Positions 59,901 through 64,000 of a DNA stretch of 64,000 nucleotides are shown here, piece after piece. The notes beneath the pieces were generated by a model. That model had not been told where the DNA came from and searched no databases. It was given only the letters and a program-made list of their open reading frames with translations. Location: contig JAZRLB010000007.1 in the NCBI GenBank assembly GCA_045646625.1, positions 3,369 to 67,368 on the forward strand, given 5' to 3'. Position 1 is the first letter of the stretch. Every line of letters begins with the position of its first letter. The translations under genes and the position numbers were made by a program. The stretch comes from Candidatus Enterousia sp. Its GTDB lineage: Bacteria; Pseudomonadota; Alphaproteobacteria; Rs-D84.

Positions 59901-60007
59901 ATTGTGTTTTCTGTGATAACTTGGCGTGTGGTGATGGTGTCTGCAAGTGCAGGCATAATCAACAGGGCAGGTAATACAGATATGCCCATCAGGATATTAT
60001 GTTTCAT
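56945..60007 (-). CDS. Autotransporter with Pmp-like GGA(I)/FxxN repeat passenger
   Basis: Signal peptide, many F..N.....GGAI repeats, C-terminal beta-barrel ending FRYEF. Confidence 0.9.
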   Translation of the reverse strand: MKHNILMGISVLPALLIMPALADTITTRQVITENTIYTDLTASNITSTTANNGGVFYMENVPNTTLTFDGTSTFNSNSLNNGGMGGVIGNGWLSSVTGDDFTVGGKTVFNGDAIFTSNGTNNPNGGGAIFNYGNGTYSSPDIQFIGATTFANNTANGTSNNSVFSGGGAINHRGGTIVFDSTANFTNNSSSHRGGAILAADDITFNDNTTFTGNSATTSGGAMSILGGDVSFTKSATFTNNAAGSGAAIFIDKPTSNLTFMDSAVFSENTGTGTLLNNDTTGTVSFANGVTFDKNTNPLNGALVNSGTINGTGGDFIFTNNTGSNGGGLKNAGAVSIATYGRVLFDNNQTTSTAGALDNGGEITMTASSVSFTNNKSSAGYGGAIFNAGDLNITSQTNTFTGNTASDTGTTKSGGGAIHNRGNTNTTTLTIGTSASTNTFANNTSSAYGGAIVSRAFDGADQDSSVTINGTSAFRNNTATLDGGAIWNATSGDGGTSDITFNGNTTFANNHASGQGGAIYNNDTITFNGNATFSGNTANGLANDIHNDGTVNLNGDTTMTGGVTGTGTLNIASGSTLNIGTATISQGAVKLDGTLLAVLRTGNTAQINVENTDGFTGDGTIKLSFDSAGTYKVFGNQIFTNTDITSSVYDLTWNSGDVTASLKSVEDIATQNNISNDAARTVSNVSMASSTRLNDLSLLMQESLSDSTQTGREAVEHATRAINPELSPVNHSISASTQNTMQLLAYNRLNGFDIGRNGGDETIDLGGFWTQGLYNKSKLNDSFNGYTRGISVGFDGTVNDTWTLGMGYMYAHSDIGAIARNTDIDSHSLFVYGQYKPNNWYMNAIVNYTMSDYTEKGDALGIYVSGDYDLNSFGAAATIGYEFLGGISPELSVQYLHIGSADYTNSLGIRSKIDGTDYMTASLSTRYGFDLLLNNGWVVRPGIHYALKYDLISDDNHITVSMPGISAYTLDGEHLSRIANEVGLEIGMMYGAFNMSLNYDIESRTDYTSQTGRIKFRYEF

Positions 60008-60105
60008 TTGTTTTCCTTTTTTGGTTTGCTGTATAAAAAGGTATACAATGAAAATAATTAAAAATAACTAGGTGTGTTTTCTTGGGAAAAAACGCCAATT
60101 GTGGT

Positions 60106-60849
60106 TTACTTTGTTGCGTAATATAGTTTGGAATATTCGTATAATACGTCGGTCATCAGGCCGCGGTATCCGTTTTTGTTCCAAAAGCGTTCGGCCATAT
60201 ACATAGATGGTTTGAAATCGCAAAAATCAACCGCGTCCCAATCTATGAATCCGATAATGTTAAGGTCGTTGTCCATTAAAAAATTTTGGCCAATGTCATT
60301 GTGAAACCAGCCGTATAAGTAGTCAGGTTTAGCGTTTTTGGTTTTTTTGAATTCACGTATTGCCGTTGGGTCAACACGTCCGATTTCAAACATAAATTGT
60401 GCCAACTGGGATGCCAATTTTTTGCGGTGTGACATAATAAAGCCAGGGGGAAAATCACATAATAATTTGCCTGATATAAATTCATATCGACGAATAGTCG
60501 TGCCGTTCCAATTTATAATTTCCATTTCTGGAATTTTGAAAGATGTATGTTTGCGCAACGTGTTGCATATACTTAATTCGCGTCGATAGTCGCCCGAGTT
60601 AGTTGTCAAAGAAAATTTGAATACGTGCGCGTTGTTTAATATTACAATCAGGTTTTGACAGCCTATGCCAAAATTAATAGATATTTTTTTTGCACCACCA
60701 CAGTTTGTATCAGCCCAGTTTTGGACAAACTTGATATATTTTCGTGCACAGGGATTGTTTAACATTACGCGGACACTGCGACGGGCTTTGTCCCCGGGGA
60801 TAAAGCCGCATACAATGTTTGCTAAAAATTTGCGAAGCGCACCAGCCAT
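60106..60849 (-). CDS. Aminoglycoside phosphotransferase/choline kinase-fold protein
   Basis: VFKF, HNDI..NFL, GFIDWD kinase motifs. Confidence 0.75.
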   Translation of the reverse strand: MAGALRKFLANIVCGFIPGDKARRSVRVMLNNPCARKYIKFVQNWADTNCGGAKKISINFGIGCQNLIVILNNAHVFKFSLTTNSGDYRRELSICNTLRKHTSFKIPEMEIINWNGTTIRRYEFISGKLLCDFPPGFIMSHRKKLASQLAQFMFEIGRVDPTAIREFKKTKNAKPDYLYGWFHNDIGQNFLMDNDLNIIGFIDWDAVDFCDFKPSMYMAERFWNKNGYRGLMTDVLYEYSKLYYATK

Positions 60850-60951
60850 TACGAAGATTATCCTAGGAAATAAAAAAAGTGGGCGCAAGAGAAAACTTTC
60901 ATTTGAAATATATTGACTTTGTGTATATGATATATGGCACAGATATGTTTT

Positions 60952-61026
60952 GCCCCCATCGTCTAGCGGTTAGGACATCAGATTCTCATTCTGGCAACAC
61001 GGGTTCGATTCCCGTTGGGGGTGCCA
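60952..61026 (+). tRNA. tRNA-Glu(CTC)
   Basis: GCCCCCA/TGGGGGT stem, TTCTCAT loop, TTCGATT, CCA. Confidence 0.92.
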
Positions 61027-61081
61027 AGTTTATGTTAAAGTATAAAATAAAAATCCTGCTGAAAAGCAGGATTTTTGTTTG

Positions 61082-62359
61082 TTAGTGTTTCCCGCCGATT
61101 TTTGTTCGATTGCCCATTAATGGCTGTAATTTCTTTGGAATATTTACCGAGCCGTCTGGGTTTTGGTGGTTTTCAATTACAGGCACAATTGCGCGGGGCA
61201 GGGCAATACCTGTGTTATTTAATGTTGCACAGAACTGTAATGTGCCGTCTGTGGCGCGGTAACGGGTGTTCGTACGACGTGCTTGGAATTGACCAATCGA
61301 TGAACAAGACCCCAGTTCGCGATATGTGCCTTCGCTTGGGAACCAGGCTTCGACATCGTGCATTTTTACTTTGTTAAAACCCATGTCGCCCGTGCAGGCT
61401 GCAATGACACGGTATGGTAATTCTAAATCTTCCATAATTTCGCACAGGTTGTTCAATAAATGTTCGTGCATTTCGTCCGACTGTTCAGGTGTGCAATAGA
61501 TGTATTGTTCAACCTTGTTAAATTGATGTATACGCACGATTCCGCGGGTGTCACGCCCTGCCGCCCCAGCTTCTTTGCGGAAACAAGGTGAATAGCCTGC
61601 GTATTTAATTGGCAAATCTTTTTCATTCAAAACTTCATCAGAATGTAAAGAATTCAAAACGATTTCTGCTGTCCCTGCCAAACATCTATCTGTATCAGTC
61701 AACATGAACACATCATTGTTCATGACCGACAAATCCGACCCCATAAAGTGCCCCGCATTAAAGATTGTTTGTGGTTTTGTAATTGCTGGACAGTTCACAA
61801 ATGTAAAGCCCTTGCTGATTAATTTCTGTAACACATATGTCTGAATTGCCAATTCTAATTCGGCAGCTTCACCAAACAAAGCGTATGTACGCGCACCACA
61901 AATTGATGCAATTTTATCATTCTTCCACCAACCATTCATTTCCAACAATTCCCATTGTGGACGTGGTGTAAAGTCAAATTCACGTGGTGTGCCAACGCGC
62001 CGCACCTCTACATTTTCTGTATCATCCTTGCCAACTGGTGCATCTGCAGATGGCACCTGCGGTACACGCAACAGCAAATCATGCAACAAATCTTCCTTTT
62101 CGGCCAACTCTGCCAATTCCGCAGCAATTTCAGCTGCAATTTCTTTACTGCGCGCAATCAATGGCGCTTTGTCTGTTGCAGTTGGTATTTCCCGTGTGAT
62201 TTTATTTTTCTCAGCGGTCTTGGATTGTGTAACCGTTTTCAATTCACGCACACGCACATCCAAAGACAGAATTTCATCAACCTTGTCTTCATAGCCCTTT
62301 AATTCACATGCCTTTTTAACAGCATCTGGATTTTCACGAATAAATTTCATATCCAACAT
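61082..62359 (-). CDS. serS: Serine--tRNA ligase
   Basis: MLD.K.IR, LAGTAE, CFRKEAG.AGRDTRG..R.HQF.KVE, E..SCS, TLN.T. Confidence 0.97.
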   Translation of the reverse strand: MLDMKFIRENPDAVKKACELKGYEDKVDEILSLDVRVRELKTVTQSKTAEKNKITREIPTATDKAPLIARSKEIAAEIAAELAELAEKEDLLHDLLLRVPQVPSADAPVGKDDTENVEVRRVGTPREFDFTPRPQWELLEMNGWWKNDKIASICGARTYALFGEAAELELAIQTYVLQKLISKGFTFVNCPAITKPQTIFNAGHFMGSDLSVMNNDVFMLTDTDRCLAGTAEIVLNSLHSDEVLNEKDLPIKYAGYSPCFRKEAGAAGRDTRGIVRIHQFNKVEQYIYCTPEQSDEMHEHLLNNLCEIMEDLELPYRVIAACTGDMGFNKVKMHDVEAWFPSEGTYRELGSCSSIGQFQARRTNTRYRATDGTLQFCATLNNTGIALPRAIVPVIENHQNPDGSVNIPKKLQPLMGNRTKIGGKH

Positions 62360-62439
62360 AGTATTCTACCTTTTTGATTTATTTGGATTATATCTTAGAA
62401 CAGTTTATATTTCTTGTAAAGAAAATGAATACGCAAAAA

Positions 62440-62493
62440 CTATACCCCCAACGGGGATGAAGAACGACTAAAAAACACAAATTTCATATTCAT
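62440..62493 (-). promoter_or_regulatory. serS leader peptide MNMKFVFFSRSSSPLGV*
   Basis: Ser codons AGT, TCT, TCA, TCC clustered upstream of serS; TTGAAT-17-TATAAT promoter 9 nt before the ATG. Confidence 0.8.
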
Positions 62494-62610
62494 AACACCC
62501 CAATTATAAAACATTTTTCAAACACATTCAAGATATTCCGATTTTATTTGCATAATATTCTTATGTTGTGTATGCTATGCCCGAATAATAAAGGGAAAGG
62601 TATTACTGTT

Positions 62611-63513
62611 ATGTACGATATTATTATCTTGGGTTCTGGGCCTGCAGGATTAACAGCGGCATTATACGCGGCGCGCGCAAACAAAAAAACATTGGTTTTA
62701 GGTGGCGATCGTTTGGGCGGTCAAATGGCAGGTATTGCTACATTAGAAAACTATCCTGGATGGGCGGGCAGCGGTTACGAACTGGCTGAATTTATGAAAA
62801 AACAATGTGAAACATTTGGCGCAATTGTTGAATTTGCATCTGCGAAAAACATCTCTGGCGATGCTGACAACGGCTTTACTATCACATGCGATAACAACAA
62901 AGAATATGTTGGCAAGGTTATAATAATTGCCACAGGCGCATCACCACGCAAACTAGAAATCACGGGCGCACGCGAATTCATGGGTCGTGGCGTATCATAT
63001 TGCGCAACATGCGACGGATTTTTCTATACTGGCAAAACAGTTATTGTTATGGGCGGTGGCAACAGCGCATTGAACGATGCACTATATCTGGCCGACTTGG
63101 CAAAAACAGTAAAGATTGTTTACCGCAAATCAGAATTTTTCCGCGCGGAAAGTGTTTTACGCGAACGCGTAGCTGCACGCGATAATATTGAATGTCTGTT
63201 CAATACAGACCTGGCAAAAATCGCCGCAAAACCAGATTCCGAAGACGGTGAATTAATTGTAACAACAACAAACGGCGATGAAATTATTGTTGACGGGGTA
63301 TTTGTTGCAATTGGACACGAAGCCAACACAGACTATCTGACAGAAAACATCAAACGCGATGGCATGGGTCGTTTGGCACCAGACGCATTACCCGCTGGCA
63401 TGTTTGTTGCCGGCGATGTCCACAGCGACATAAAAATGCAAATTGCCACAGCTGTCGGCACAGGATGTACAGCAGGAATGGATGCGATTGCATTTCTTAA
63501 TTCACGCGCTTAA
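62611..63513 (+). CDS. trxB: Thioredoxin-disulfide reductase
   Basis: GSGPAGLTAA, ENYPG, GVSYCATCDG, GGGNSA, GD. Confidence 0.95.
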   Translation: MYDIIILGSGPAGLTAALYAARANKKTLVLGGDRLGGQMAGIATLENYPGWAGSGYELAEFMKKQCETFGAIVEFASAKNISGDADNGFTITCDNNKEYVGKVIIIATGASPRKLEITGAREFMGRGVSYCATCDGFFYTGKTVIVMGGGNSALNDALYLADLAKTVKIVYRKSEFFRAESVLRERVAARDNIECLFNTDLAKIAAKPDSEDGELIVTTTNGDEIIVDGVFVAIGHEANTDYLTENIKRDGMGRLAPDALPAGMFVAGDVHSDIKMQIATAVGTGCTAGMDAIAFLNSRA

Positions 63514-63516
63514 AAG

Positions 63517-63541
63517 AATCCGCCACACGGCGGATTTTTTT
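63517..63541. terminator. Bidirectional terminator
   Basis: AATCCGCC-ACAC-GGCGGATT plus a T tract. Confidence 0.75.
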
Positions 63542-63542
63542 A

Positions 63543-64000
63543 TTATTTAACCAAACTTCTAAGATTCTTTTTAATCCATGCTTGGAATGCATTTGGCTCT
63601 TCAGTTTTACGAAATGCTGCATATCTTTTTGATGCATGAACAATATCTTCTGCAACCCGCTTTGCGGCAAAGAATTCTTTATCTTCTGCAGATGTGCGTT
63701 TATATTCCCAATCCTGCACCATACTGCAAAATCTATAAAACATTTTGGCAATATCTGCATTATATATCCATGCTGCACCAGCTTTTTCTGCAACAATTTC
63801 TTTTGGCCCCTGAACAATATAATACGCATGATGCATATTCGCAGGCACAATATTATGTGATTCTGCAAAATCATGTGCACGTTTTACCCATGCCGCCCCA
63901 GTATTCGCGCGCGAAAAATATTTTGCAGGATTTGTTGACAGTTCTTTCATAAAGACCAAACTGCGCCCCGCCTGCGCACGTTCAACCGGCGTCAAAGATT
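63543..64000 (-). CDS. Hypothetical protein, probably truncated by the window end
   Basis: Open frame up to the window edge. Confidence 0.6.
   Translation of the reverse strand, partial: SLTPVERAQAGRSLVFMKELSTNPAKYFSRANTGAAWVKRAHDFAESHNIVPANMHHAYYIVQGPKEIVAEKAGAAWIYNADIAKMFYRFCSMVQDWEYKRTSAEDKEFFAAKRVAEDIVHASKRYAAFRKTEEPNAFQAWIKKNLRSLVK

Noticed and set aside
60106-60849. Antibiotic-resistance APH gene
   Set aside because: Only generic kinase-fold motifs and no mobile context; the substrate cannot be inferred
61013-61040. dif site from the XerD-like arm TTATGTTAAAG after tRNA-Glu
   Set aside because: The XerC arm position falls in the tRNA acceptor stem with no resemblance, and plus-strand skew and a KOPS continue past it

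Overview
Chromosomal window from a small-genome, low-GC alphaproteobacterium. The assignment rests on CarD, AddB and a proteobacterial GyrB/LolCD/TatA set; the style suggests an uncultured gut lineage such as Rs-D84, which is inference. Bases 1-3016 are the right end of an integrative element (tyrosine integrase, Bro-N gene) ending in a duplicated initiator-tRNA 3' half. The rest is scrambled housekeeping (uvrB, addB, xth, gyrB, ung, typA, ftsK, mnmE, ruvA, thrS, aspS, serS, trxB), envelope genes, six tRNAs and many orphans. Main observations: (1) All three aminoacyl-tRNA synthetase genes have amino-acid-matched leaders. thrS has MKMFGSFFTTTTTTPLGV*, serS has MNMKFVFFSRSSSPLGV* (same FF-[control codons]-PLGV* design), and aspS has a very compact T-box-like antiterminator preceded by an Asp-rich uORF. 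(2) An FtsA-Rpe fusion follows ftsQ. (3) A dispersed ERIC/RPE-like palindrome family shows signs of recombination at its core. (4) Repeats duplicate the tRNA 3' ends after tRNA-Tyr and tRNA-Gln. (5) A strand-skew switch near 61.6 kb suggests the replication terminus. All calls are by eye; no searches were run.
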